From positions 310,001 through 374,000 of the forward strand of contig JAQGDQ010000089.1 of assembly GCA_030141605.1 (NCBI GenBank): 64,000 nucleotides of DNA, given 5' to 3'. The notes under the pieces are model-generated. The model was not told the origin of the DNA. It ran no database searches and saw only the letters and a list, made by a program, of their open reading frames with translations. Of the stretch, positions 40,913 to 53,699 are shown one piece after another (within the stretch, counting starts at the first letter, position 1; the number at the start of each line of letters is the position of its first letter). The stretch comes from Tubiluchus corallicola (Eukaryota; Animalia; Priapulida). Both the position numbers and the translations under genes were made by a program.

Positions 40913-42524
40913 AACCTCGAAACAAAGGTGCCAGCTCTAAGTGCCAGCTGTAAAACAATCACCAACTCCAAGGCACACCGTTATTTGATCTGAGACAAAA
41001 CCATGATACTTAACTGTCACATAGGTTAACGTAAGTGCTTCCAAGTTATCGTTTACACAGTGTGCGACTTTTTTTCAGATGCTTTATAAAAATAGGACTT
41101 CGTTAGAAGAGAACAAAAAGCTCACGAGAAGGGACGGGGATGATGTGAGAGACGATCGAAATATGAAAGAATGGCGCACAGAGACAGTTGTAACTGTAGC
41201 ACGGTTTTTGCTACATGATAAATGGGAAGGGTTAATTACTGATAACACATCACGCGTCAACTTTTTGTCTAACACAATCGCGTATGCGGGTAATTTATCA
41301 CTCAAAAACTCGGACAGATGGCAAGGCTCAACAGATCCCGAATTCTCGCCAAGAATCTGTGCCTTGAACCGCAGGATTCATAGGTTATCTAGTGAAATGT
41401 TGAGTCTGGTCGGTTTGAAGGCTGATTCACCACTGTACAATGTTTGTCCGGCCATGTACGCAGGGTTATGGTTGCTTCTACTGTACTAGCCGCATTATTA
41501 TTGTTTTTGCAGCTTCCTAGGGAAAATATGTAGTTATATTTCCAGACTAACCTTTCCAGACTGTGCAACTCTCATTCCAGGACTAATAAAAAAGCAATAA
41601 TAATTGAATCAAACATGTGAACCCCAGAAGCGTCCAGATTTCGTTTAACCTTAACAGATATTTAGTTCTTACGTTAAAACAGGCGAAGCCATTCAAAAGC
41701 TGAAACAAAATACAACAGTGAACAAATACACTTGAGATACAAAAGAATGAATCATCTAGTAGCTGCGAACTGGTTGACAAATCAGCAAAGTGGCGTTTAC
41801 ATAGCAACTGATTTTTTCCCGCAACTATTCCGCACATGGAAACGCATACGCATGCAGATGCTAAGTAAACGCCGCTTAATGAAACAACCAATCACTAATG
41901 AAAGACAATGGCCAAACCGTCCAAACTCCAAAGGTCCTATTCATTGAGAATGCTAAACAACATAGATACGCTTGCGAAGGTTTGGAAATCGTGTGATCAA
42001 AAATCAAAAATCTAGAGGCAAACTCTCCTAAACATGTGAGATTTGACATAAACTGAATTGTAACTATACAGACGAACGACAAGTTTTTCTGAGTCCGCAC
42101 ATTCCAAAAGCCATTAATTGGGCTGTTTAGGCGCCGGCCAAAGAAGGCATGAAATTAACCGAGTGGCGTGGCGCCAAATTCAACTAACTTACAATATCTC
42201 ATTATAGACAACTTATCTATAATGTCTATGATTGATAAAGAGTATGTCAGCTTTGTTGGAAGACGATACATTGCATGCATTGGAGAAGTGATCTCATCGT
42301 GCTGTGCACCCCGTTTGGCGTTTTTAATACGAGTGTATATGTGTGGATACAGCGACGTTTGCGGTTTTTGACAGAGGGTCGTTTGGATACCAGTAAGAAT
42401 TTTCAGACATAGAATGCCACTCATGTCTGCAAGTGTGACGCAGGACGATTGCAAACAAAGAGATTTCGACAAATGTTTCGGATACTTCTAGTACTGACTT
42501 ACGTTATTAATTCTGCCATTCTTT

Positions 42525-42798
42525 CAGTGCCTGATTTAGGTATAAGTTAAATAAGCTACACCTTAGGGCCTCACAATGTACATGGGGCCTCAGGAAGATT
42601 CCAGATTACGTTTTATACTCATTTTTATAATTAAGTAATATTTTAGTCGTAAGATAATTTGTATTGTTCACTTTGCTATTAAATAATGAAATGGCATATA
42701 TACACTTTCAAGTTTTCTGGTAATTGATGTAATTTTAAAAAAGGGGGCCTCATGGCTTTATATAGCTTAGGGCCTCACCGATTCTAAACACGGTACTG
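42525..42798. mobile_element. hAT-type MITE
   Basis: Degenerate CAG...CTG TIRs (CAGTGCCTGATTTAG / CTAAACACGGTACTG), repeated GGGCCTC subterminal motifs, and 8-bp flanks CATTCTTT/CATTCATT (7/8 match). Confidence 0.7.
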
Positions 42799-43498
42799 CA
42801 TTCATTATCAATCATTATCCTAAATTTATTACTCAGGTGAGCAAAATTAACGCGTCTTGTCTTTGAAAAACTCCTTGTCTTCATAAAGTTTACTCACTCG
42901 GAATCCCTCTTAAGTTACGTAGGCTACAGATAAACGCCAGTAATACCCTTTAAATACTTTTTTACATAAAAGATTAATTTGAATCACCCAATCGATAAGG
43001 CAGCAATTTGTTCGGGAATGCATTGCTTGATTACTTTTTTGGCTAGTCCTAAATACTCGACACAGGTCCATCGTGCTAAGGTTTACGTTGACCCGAAAAT
43101 TTCGTTAGGGCTGCAGTTGTGAAAATATTAACGTTTACATGAGTATAATGAAACGCTTTGCAGGCGGTCATAAATTCTCTCCTTCAAGAGCTGCAATGTG
43201 AAAGAAGAAAGAGAGACCGCAGGAAGAGATCATTCAAACAATGATAACAGTAGTGCATGTTTAAACAAGGCATTCAAGCCTTCAAGACCCTCCGCTATGC
43301 AGAAGGTTCCAGCAGTAGAAACACCACGAAGAAGCTACATTAGCTAATGCAATAATATAAACTCAAAGCCTCTTCGTCAATTTCAATTCCTTAGTGCTCT
43401 GAAATAGTTCTTACTATTCACTGATGATAGACAAACGCTGATGATAAATTTTCTATTTCGAATAATAATTTGCAGAGTCGCATTAATTTTTGGTCAAG

Positions 43499-43590
43499 CC
43501 CGTGCAAACCATATTGTGGTCGGGTAAATCACAATGTGCCCGTGCAAACCATATTGTGGTCGGGCAAATCACAATGTGCCCCTGCAAGCC
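43499..43590. repeat. 40-bp tandem duplication with internal hairpin
   Basis: CCCGTGCAAACCATATTGTGGTCGGGYAAATCACAATGTG x2.2. Confidence 0.9.
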
Positions 43591-45131
43591 CATGCACCCG
43601 TGAAACGGTGTGAGCCCAATGACGTCACATCCGGCGTGCTGCTGGCAGGAATTCCTTTGCGGTAAACACACAATCTTATGTTAACCAGTGCCACCTTGAC
43701 GCTTGCATCAACTAGGCTGATGACCGGGAGATTTCACTACACTGCATGTGTATCTCATTCACAGCCATCAGCGGCAGGTCACATTTGGTCCAGAGCAGCG
43801 AGTCAGAAGCGTAGAAAGTTTGCAGGGGTCGACAAGTTCCAAATGGAATTGCACCTTGATTTCTGCCGTTCATCCACTCGTGAAACCGCAAATCAGCAAT
43901 GAAAGCAAACACATAGAGCACCTGTTATGCCAAGTAAATAAAAAAACGCACCTGCATCACAATTTAGCACAATGTTTCGGTGCAACCTTTTGAAAACAAA
44001 TTTTTAAGTCTATGCGAGTCACGCTGAGTAGTACACGTTAAACTTAAAACCTGATGTGATACTTTACGATTTACGACCTCAACGGTGTGCGAGGAAATTT
44101 ATCCTAATTGTATAAAAGATTTATATAAGAAAGTATAGCTTAGCCAATGAGTCCAAATGTCCATTGACAAAAGGAAAATATTATTGTAATAATAATTAAG
44201 CTTGATTATTATAATTATTGTAGAATTAACTGAACCGGGGAATATATACCTTGTGCTGATTACAGGTGCGATGTGTTTTTTTTATAACTGACAAACTTCT
44301 GCATAGAATGCGTGAACATTCAACTTTTTGCTCTCCCGTAACATTGTTTACGTTTTAGAGCACGTATACGACAATCAACAACTATTAAAAAGTTTCTAGG
44401 TTACCACATTGCCTACCCTGGCCAACTCAGAACAACATGACCAGAGTTACATACCAGGAATCATTCGATCATGTCTTGTCCAGTGCGCGGAATTTGGACT
44501 GGACACTGTTTTAATTTGACATGACAAGTCCAACATGCAATCAAGATGTTCATCTGGTCCAGTTACAGGGAGTTAGTGTAATCCAACATGAGACTGGTAT
44601 GTAGAAACACGACTGCTTTGACCACAATGTCCAAAGGGAGTATCAATAAAGAATAGTGCGCATCCTTTATTAGCGTATGCACTATGCACTGAATTATGCT
44701 CAGATACTAACACCAAACATTTTGTAATTTTTTGTCCAGTATTTGTGAATCTTCACAAGAACTGTGACTCCTATACAAAGCTGATTATCTGACCCAAAAG
44801 CTGGGGATACCAGGTATTTTGGAGAGAGTAAGAGAGGAGGAGAAGAGAGAAAAATAGTCTGTTAGGTGCCGTGACCACTAGACAACCATATCTGCAGCAT
44901 GAAGAGGGAAAGAAAGACTCATGGGAAGGTAAGGAGCAAACAGATGAATGGAAAAGGCAGTATTCTTACAGGATGATGGACACAAATGAATGAAAATGCT
45001 AAATTATTAAATGTTATTTTTTTCGCAAAGCCAAAAAATACGAGAAACGTTTAAGAGTTCCACGTGTGTGCATTAGGTATGAGGTCAATGATGACAATTA
45101 TAATTGTAATTATAATTAAGAAAATACTTAC

Positions 45132-45514
45132 CAAACCATGACATAAGCTCACTGCCACTTGTGAGTCACTATCAGATTCTATTGCACCCGTGTAAAAACA
45201 ATGAGACAAGTTCCCCTCGGGTGCGTCTTCTCCACGAAATATCCACGTAACATTGTTGTCCCTTTGTTGCACCACAAAATTTGGCGCTATGAAATCGTTA
45301 AAAGGCACAAGGTTCAACTTAAACTTCTGCCCGAAAGCTTCAAATATAAAATTGGCAGTACTTGAAGCACTTTCATGAGCGGAACTGTCGCTTAGGCTGC
45401 GACGGCGACGACAATGGTAGTGTTGGTTATCGGACATTGGCTTTCCTTCGGCGTCCACACGGATTGGTATAGTGATTTCATAGTCATCAGTGTCATCGAG
45501 GTTCAACATAAATT
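45132..45514 (-). CDS. ADAMTS-family metalloprotease (ADAMTS9/20/GON-1-like), coding exon 2, M12B propeptide
   Basis: The ORF reads YEITIPIRVDAEG...RRRRS...FEAFGQKFKLNL...FIAP...HCFYTG...VAVSLCHGL, the typical reprolysin prodomain, and is close to recalled ADAMTS9 (PIRV, SAFGQQFLFNL, FIAP, HCFY.G, SLCSGM). Acceptor ttttag|, donor TTG|GTAAGT. Length 383 nt, phase 1 to phase 0. Confidence 0.93.
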
Positions 45515-47617
45515 CTAAAATAAAGTAATTACAACTAACAATTAATAATTAATTAAATTAATACGATTATAATTACGTGTAAGCATTTTAATTAGTAAGT
45601 TTTTATGTTTATTTGTCACTCAGTAAGCTTAACAAGTAGTTGAATGTTGGATGAGCCTACTTAACAGATATATTTATGGCACGACCACAATATGGCTGAT
45701 TACCTATGACAATTCTCTTCAATAGCACTGAGCAGAGATGACTTTCAAGGGATTCTACACATGCTCCCTCAACGAGGTACATATGTGGAAGTAAATTAGC
45801 AGACGCCAGAAACAATCTTCTGGACAGTTGTTTTTTAACCATCTGTTTTTTAACCAGATTATTAACTCGCGATTTTTTCGAAATTTTGACCAAACAGCTT
45901 GCGAAAAAACTTTCTAGCGGCGCCTGGTGGGACTCTCGGAAGGAGATATATAGCTCTTTAGAAAGAGGAAGAGCAGGGCTACACGATGATGTGGGCTATA
46001 TTTTAGGACACGTTCACCAAAAGGAGTACTGACGAGTTAATTAGATGTTCTATTTTCGGCAATTTTCGCTTAGAAAACTGCTGACGCAAAGCCATTGTTG
46101 TTGTGACGTCATCCATTATACTCTGCCTATAATCTTATAACTTTAATTCAGTAAAAGCTGCTGTTGGCTTTGCGTTAGGTGAGTAAACAAACACTAGGTA
46201 GGATGCACGCGTATTTTTGATTATGAGTGTATTTATACGCAAAATTTTTTGCGGGGCCTTTGCTAGTCTATATATTAATTCTACTGGTATATATATATAT
46301 ATAAGATTCGAGGCTACAGCTCGGACGACGGCACTATTTGCGGCGATCTATACACCAAACGAAAGGTCTCGATCTAGTGTCGTGCCATTGGGGGTTTATT
46401 TTTCGAATCGGGCCTACTGCGAGGAACGGGGGGGGGGCGAAAAACCTCCAAAAATGGCTTCATTTACTAGAACTAGGAGCGTTACTTTTACATTCAAACC
46501 AATGTTGTTTTTGTTCCTCCATGAAGTCCATCCTCCAGTGGCCTAGAAGTTAAATAATTGCGATAAGTGACACGCGAGATTCTTTTTCATTTTAAATTAG
46601 ATAATTCCAACTTGAATGAACACTCGTAATTTGACAGCTTTTAAATAGGATATAAAATTCTAAGTACTAAGTGAGTAATCAACACAATTATTCGGATACC
46701 TTGGGCCAGTCTGTCGTTTCCCCGGCGTCAAGCAATAATTGATAACCATGTCTGTAATTGTACTAGTTATTCAGATTCGTTGTGATAGGAACTAATTACA
46801 CCCGGATTATCGACGCCGGATAAAAACTTCGGCACACGTGGGTCAGATTAAACCCAAGAACTCCAGAGCTGGAGTCCATAAAAGCCAAGAGTTACAAAGC
46901 CAAATAGCTTTCACAAAATGTAATTGAGATGATTGCATTCCTTGAAACTTTGTAGGTGTCACCTAACCAATGGCATACTGACAAACTATAATCAACAACT
47001 GCCATTGTAGAGATGCAAAAGCTGAATCATGTAAGCACGATTACTATCACATTTACATTATTTTCTGATATTTTGCACTATTAGAAGTGGCAAAAATAAC
47101 AATTAATTGTATTTGTAAATCCTAATACTTCTGTAGTATTTTGAAAATTTGAGTATTTTTACCTGAAATCCTGAACCTCACTTAAGACAATGATTTGGTA
47201 ACGTAAGACAATCAAGGAGGTACTGTCTTATTTATTACTACAGATATTGGCAAAATCATCAAACCAGGACAGATATAACACTAAAATATTACATGCACGA
47301 TTATCTAAGAAGAAAAATTGCAAGACAGAAAAGCCTTACAAAGCGTCGATTAAGCTCCACTGGTGTAGCTAGTAAAGTGGTCAATGCAATGTCAACAAAT
47401 ACGTTTTCTACAAAGTTTACTGCCCCGATCTTTGAAGAGAAGGAGCTGGAGGGTTACAAAAATAGCACTTTTGTCAATGCAATAGTAGACAAAAATAGTA
47501 TCCCGGATATAATGCACTGTAAGGTCATGTTTTTCTTACTGTAACAAGCTAGTTACAAAAAGCTGGGTACAAATAGCGAAATCAGTTATAACACGATTGT
47601 AGCTAGTGGGCCTTTTG

Positions 47618-47768
<151 letters not shown>

Positions 47769-48225
47769 AATGTTTAAGTAGCGTAGAACAATTGCAAACT
47801 TTTGCACCCAGTTACTATATACGCCACAAAGCGGTATGCTACGCACATGCTTATAACGCTCGTACTGAGTTGATTATGTCTTTGCGGTTTCTCACAGTAA
47901 AACTTATCGTTTTATCCTTTACGAGTGCCTACAGATTAATCAACACGGGTTTTCTCACCACATGAAAACCTACTACAACTCATAACAACCTAATGAGAGG
48001 CTGAGAATACGGCTGCGTTTCCACTGCGCTCGGACAGACACGCACAGACACGGACTTTTTCTGTATGACTCACACGGAAAAAATTGATACAATGGCCCGC
48101 TTTTGAATACCATTGTTTTACGTGTCTGTCGTTTCCACTGCGTCCGCACGGAAAGACACATATATGCACGGATCCGCACTTTAATTGTTCACTTTTTTGT
48201 GCGGACGGACAAGCTAATTTTTATA

Positions 48226-48894
48226 ATGGAGGACGAACAGATCGTACACGCTGTGCAGATCAGACCTGCTTTGTATGTCAAAAGTAATCCCAAATGCTGC
48301 CACAGTGATTTTACAAGACAGCTGTGGGCCGAAGTGGCCTTTCAACTTAATACTGAAGGTAGAATATATGTAGCTTTGTAATTAAGTTAACGTTTCTGTA
48401 CATTTAGGCTTGATTTTGCGATGTTATGGTGCATGCATTTTTTAATTTTGTAATATATACATGTATTTATACTCTCTACTGCCACAGTATTTCGACTTTG
48501 CTCTGAAAATTGCATTGCTTTCTTGTGCTGTTACAGGGAGAAAATAATAAGCTTCAAAACATTATTAGTTTTATAATAATAGCCACTCTTTTATTTGAAG
48601 TGAACTCAACTAGGTTATTTAAATTCCCTTAGAAAACCCGCTGTAAAAATTGCAACATATGGGCGTGCAAAATCATAATCAACTGCAACAAGTAATAAGA
48701 AGGAGAAAAGCTACCGTAAATAATTTTAATGCTTAGCATAAGATTTCATTGAAACTGCTACCGTTTGTCTTCACCAGCAATTAAAAAATAGTCATGAGCC
48801 TTTTTCAAAGAGTTTAGTGCCAATGATGTGACAACTTGACCCAATTAAGATCTTACAGTTTCGTATTGAAGTGCAACAACTTCTTTTGCGTTAT
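48226..48894 (+). pseudogene. Harbinger accessory gene relic: MADF (Myb/SANT-like) exon plus BESS-like motif
   Basis: 48226-48358 encodes MEDEQIVHAVQIRPALYVKSNP...RQLWAEVAFQLN (MADF pattern) and ends at a GAAG|GTAG donor. 48802-48894 encodes FSKSLVPMM*QLDPIKILQFRIEVQQLL (BESS-like, with a stop codon). Confidence 0.75.
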
Positions 48895-49227
48895 GTAAAA
48901 GAAAATGCACCAGAATATGGTGTTGGAATGGTGCCCATTGTTAGCTTGAATATTTAGGCAATTATGCATAATCCAGTGCTCAAAAACCTATATTGTTGCA
49001 TAACACAAGCACAAGATTACAACATTTCTTTTGTTTCGAGTTTCATAACGCACATGTATGCTAACCAAATTTAAATTTGAATTGTAAGTGTTAATGTAAA
49101 TTGAAAGCCTCAATGATAATTAAAATTAGACATTAACTATATATAGTACACTTATAATAATATTTCTGAAAATTTGAATAATAATTTCGTGCTAAGATAC
49201 AGTTAATTAGTTGTTGGCTCTGTTTAC

Positions 49228-49547
49228 CTTAGCGTAACAACAAGACGCTGTTCTGGTGAAATACAATCCCGAAAATTTGCATTCTGTTTCTTAAGATGTT
49301 CAGAACACAAATCAAAGTAAGATTAGAAAGGTTGTAGGTTTGCAGGTTGCATTCTCAAAAAACAAATGCACTTTTCTTCATCCATTACAACATGTTGCAA
49401 CAAATGATGATATTCGCCTAGCTGTCCACAGTTTTCAAATATTGGATGTACCTAAAGATGATGTTGTTGCTTCCTGTATCGCCTACTTGCATTTTTCTTT
49501 AACCACCACAGCAAATTAAAAATCTTCTTTCTTCTAGAAAGTCTCAT
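49228..49547 (-). pseudogene. Harbinger transposase N-terminal exon relic
   Basis: MRLSRRKK...HL*VHPIF...GEYHHLL...FLRM...KKQNANFRDCISPEQRLVVTLR|gtaaac matches the Harbinger WVHP..FRM..IS.E.RL.VTLR pattern, with W mutated to TAG. No DDE core is present. Confidence 0.8.
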
Positions 49548-51158
49548 GTTTAGAATTTCGCGCTAAAGTTTTGGCTCATTTCTGACGTATTTATGGAATG
49601 AGTGCGGTCCCATGGAAACAACTTTGCCGATGTAAAACGTGCGGATAGAAAAGTCTGTGTCTGTACGTGTCTGGGCGGACGTAGTGGAAACGCGGCCTAA
49701 CACACAAAACAACTTCAAATTGATTATACACCACGAAAGATTCTGGAATTATACAAAAGGCATGTTAAGCAACATACACCAGACAAGCTAAGGATAGTAA
49801 GCTTATTCGGCTAGTATATTGCTTTACAGTAAAAATTTGGCAATTTGTCAAATTTGTTTCCTCTCGAATTGCTAATAAAAATTAATTATGACGGAAAATT
49901 AGGTAAGCTGACGATAAGACCTTCGAGATTCTGAGAGTTTGTGTCAGGTGCAAAGACAATGAAATGTTTTGCACTGGTTAGGCCTACAAAATAATTAAAA
50001 ATGTTTAGTTTTATTAATAGTTGTCTGAGTTTTACAAATTTTTTCATGTTATAGCCCAATAAAAAGTAGTTAACGTGAACTTCTCCCATGTTTAACGATG
50101 TTTCAGTAAACTGGTGTTAAACAGACGTATTTCAGGGGGTCACAACCACACGTTTACTGTACTGTACAAATCTCAGACGGAGGTCATTCCTTCTATAAAT
50201 TAGGCATCAACATAAGAATGGCGGTTGCTTAGAAGTTTCCCTTTTATGACCGAACTGGAGTGTTAACACTTGTCCCGTACGGTGTTTGTATAAGCCTTTC
50301 TCAAGTTCTGCATCGTCCGAATTTTGTAGGTTATTTGAAGGGGTTTTTAACATAAGGTTCTCATTGTAGAATTCAAGCTACGCTCAGCCTATTTCAGCCC
50401 CTGACTATTTTAACAAGAATGAAAAACTATGTATTTAAATAAGAAATCGCATAACATTTACTAAAAACTTTCGAGCTGACAACCAAAATAGAGAATTGCT
50501 GATGCAAATGCTTTGGAAACTCAAATGGCTCTGATCAAAAACATAGAAAGTGATACGAAACATGAATGGTTTTTATTATAACGATGCAATACTACACTCA
50601 CCAAACTTGTGAAATAAAAATATGCCGAGTGCAAGAAGGCATGTAAGGTCATGTTTTTACAAATTCTCGAACTCAAGTTCAATTCATGAGAATGTGTCTG
50701 CCCCATACTAATGCAGGGCTTCATTAATGCAGCACTAACTATCATAGTCACTAATATCGAAATACTGGACGGATACAAATTTACCTGGGCATTAAAGAAT
50801 TAATTTTAGCTATATGTTTAGCTTATGTACGTATGGCGATGATTAAGATGCTTATTTGCCTTAGGCGTGTGAGCAAAACTTTGTCGATTCATTTCAGGAC
50901 AAGCAATTCAAATTTTGGGTTGAATGTTGAAGAGAGGTTGAGTTAACAATGTGCAAAGACATGGATAGCATTCTGTTTTACAAGAAAGTTACGATACCAA
51001 TATCAGTGACTTGTAATTGGCCATCGACATACTTGCGGTACGTCCTACACTGATTCTTCATGCCCTAAAGCAATAATTGCATTGTTAAAATGAAATGAAG
51101 CCACTCTGGAATCCGGATAAAAACGTAAATTATATTTTTACGTCTGAATGTAACTTAC

Positions 51159-51264
51159 CACCCGACACATCCAAGCCGTTACCGTTCTGTGAACTTATCC
51201 GCAGTGCACCGGTGACACATCCGCATAAAAGAACCAGTGACGTCACAGCCAGAACAGAACGCAT
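51159..51264 (-). CDS. ADAMTS-family metalloprotease, coding exon 1 (signal peptide)
   Basis: Manual translation gives MRSVLAVTSLVLLCGCVTGALRISSQNGNGLDVSG+G, with a hydrophobic signal-peptide core. ATG context is acaATG. The exon ends at a G|GTAAGT donor in phase 1, matching the phase-1 acceptor of the next exon (G+AA=Glu). Too short for the ORF track. Confidence 0.85.
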
Positions 51265-51559
51265 TGTTACACTGTACTCCGCGAAAATTCACCTATTGTT
51301 TTATAAACACGCATTAGTATAAAGTTACTACTGTTGGGTACCATACTGCCGACACACCAAAAAGTTGCATGCTATACGCACGCATTCTGAAACAGCGAGC
51401 ATTTTGCAGTTTACGGCACGCATTCTGAAAGAGCGAGCATTTTGCAAGCAGCAAACGGCTCAGCAGAGTAACCAGCGTATCCGAACATATCCGTACCTAA
51501 GTACGTATAGATACGCTGCCGCCACCTAAAGGGAGTTTTCGGTAATGTTCTATACTTTG

Positions 51560-51790
51560 GCTAGAATACAATTCGTCGGCAGTCATCACAAATTTCCCGG
51601 AATCTTTCGGGCCTCTTTGGGTTTTAGCTCTCTCTTTTCATCTCTCCTCTCTCTTCTCTCTCTTCGCCACTCTCACTTTTTCTTTCTTTTGCTCTCTCTC
51701 TTGCTCTTTCTCTCTCTTTCTTTCTTTCTTTTGCTCGCTCTCGCACTCACTCTCCTTTTCACTTCTCTTGCCGTAAAATTACACCAAGCA
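51560..51790 (-). promoter_or_regulatory. GA/CT-rich tract upstream of the ADAMTS start codon, likely promoter or 5' region
   Basis: Polypyrimidine/polypurine tract 300-500 bp upstream of the ATG with CpG-containing flanks. The call is inferred from position only. Confidence 0.4.
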
Positions 51791-52455
51791 ACATTTGCAC
51801 AGGAGTTTCATCACGTGATTACTTTTGATACTAGCTTTTCTCACGCTATCAAACTCACTAGGTGCGACAAGCTAACTTGCAATGTTACGCACAAAAGCAG
51901 CAAAAAACTTGCTATGATCACTAAAATTCCAATTGGAATCTCTGCAAGTTTCACAAACTGTACTGCATCATATGACTAACAAAGACTAATTCCTCTACCA
52001 CCAGCACGCGGCTCTTTTATTCCATCCATAGAGTTGTATTAGTTGCTTTACTAGAACGTGTTTTAATGGTTCGAATTCTTCGCAATTTACCCCGTAAAGC
52101 TTGGGGCGTATCTTGATCCAGGAAAATCGAGTAGTTTTCAGGATGTGCCTTTATTGCCTTGTTAAAGAAGTTTAATGTTTCCCATGAAAAAAGTGAGATG
52201 GTGCGTCGGGTGTTGCAATACTATGCAGCGAAAAGTAATACTGTTTGTTAACAAAATTTTGCAAGTCTCATTGAAAGTATACATGGACGCCTCATAATTC
52301 TTACAGCTTATAAAATCTGGCTTCTACTGAATTATGGCCCCATTTTATGCGAATTCAGTCAGTGAGTTGCGTTTGTGTGCTGCAGCGTGATTTGTAAAGC
52401 TTTGGTTACTTGCTTATCATCAAACTACTGAGCAACAGCCACCTTGGGAACAAAT

Positions 52456-52999
52456 TTCTGCATTGAATCCAGAAGCCAAGGCGCTCTGATGTCTAGCAAC
52501 ATGGGGAGCTTTGCGTGTTGAAAATGGCATTGTTCAGCCAGTACGGTAGATTATACGATACTGTTTAGGGACCCCTCCGGGATTTCTTTTTTTTGGGGGG
52601 GGCGTAACTTTCTTGACTTTATTAACTTTACTCGTAGCACCCCTTTGAATAATGGAGTTTCCCTCCAATACTGTCTAATCCTAACCCTAACCTCACCCCT
52701 TCGAATAATAATGAAACGGTCCAAGTGTGACCTTCTGCATTGAGTCCAGAAGCCAAGGCGCTCTGATGTCTAGCAACAATGGGGGAGCTTTGCGTGTTGA
52801 AAATGGCATTGTTCAGCACCAGTAGTGTAGATTATACGACATTGTACGGTTTTAGGGACCCCTCCGGGATTTCTTTTTGGGGGGGGCAACTTTCTTAACT
52901 TTACTCCTAGCACCCCTCTGAATAATGGAGTTGCCCTCCAATACTGTCTAACCCTAACTCTAACCTCACCCCTTCGTATAATGAAACGGTCCAAGTGTG
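52456..52999. repeat. ~277-bp tandem duplication containing CCCTAA motifs
   Basis: TTCTGCATTGA.TCCAGAAGCCAAGGCG starts at 52456 and 52733. Both units end in GAAACGGTCCAAGTGTG. Confidence 0.92.
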
Positions 53000-53099
53000 G
53001 GGTCAACCTTAACCCTAGTTGTTACCCCTACCTCACCTCTTCAAATAATGACTAACCCTAAACCTAGTTGTTAAACTTAACTAAATTAAAGTATCCATA

Positions 53100-53165
53100 A
53101 GTGAGATTCGAACTCGGGTTCGATTGCATGCGAAGCCTCCTCCTTACCTCCCAGGCCACACCGTC
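53100..53165 (-). mobile_element. tRNA-Ala(CGC)-derived SINE-like head / tRNA pseudogene
   Basis: Minus strand shows TGGCCTGGGAGG (A box), GCTTCGCATGC (Ala-CGC-like anticodon arm) and GAGTTCGAATC (B box). The stems are imperfect. Confidence 0.55.
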
Positions 53166-53699
53166 ACATATTTCTTTGCAGGTGTTAAATATGGTATAAG
53201 TGGTGTAGGTTTATTATTGTGCATGTGTATGCGGTGGACTTTGCTTTGCGCGCTTTGCGTTCTTCGCGTTGAGCGCACAGGATCGTAAACAAACCCGCAT
53301 GGCAAATTACATTATCGTCAGTTTCAACAACAATTTTAATGGTATAGAGTGCTGCAAAGGTGAGTTGACTAACAAAATAAAATGAATTTTCAGAAATCAG
53401 TATGGTGGCAACAACAATGACAGCAAATCTAGTCTGATGTCATAGCATGCAAAGGATATAGAGCGATAATGTTTATGTTTTTTCTAATTTTGAATGCTTT
53501 ATTATGCACTAATGGTAACTGTTACAACCTTAAAAAGTCAATGTTTCTTAAATTAAATTATCAGCAGTAACTTTGCAAATTCACCAGTGTCTATTAATGA
53601 TATTTATGCCCACTGAAGGATAACTAACTAGGTGACCTAAAGACAGAAACAACAAACTGAATAAAAAAATTAAACAAAAATTATTTATTATAAAGCTAT

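Larger units (their letters stand above)
48011..49697. mobile_element. Internally deleted PIF/Harbinger DNA transposon
   Basis: ~50-bp TIRs (GGCTGCGTTTCCACTGCG... / ...CGTAGTGGAAACGCGGCC) with 3-bp flanks TAC/TAA. Contains a MADF-like ORF on + and a Harbinger transposase N-terminus on -, arranged convergently as is typical of this superfamily. Confidence 0.88.

Noticed and set aside
45051-45131. Hydrophobic C-terminal tail of ORF 45051-45509 (apparent transmembrane segment)
   Set aside because: It lies after the GTAAGT donor, so it is intronic read-through.
51545-51979. 144-aa Leu/Ser/Phe-rich ORF
   Set aside because: Arises from the CT-rich tract. No domain recognised.
53100-53165. Functional tRNA gene (also 30397-30464 and 11085-11180)
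   Set aside because: Acceptor and other stems do not pair properly, so these were treated as tRNA-derived repeats.
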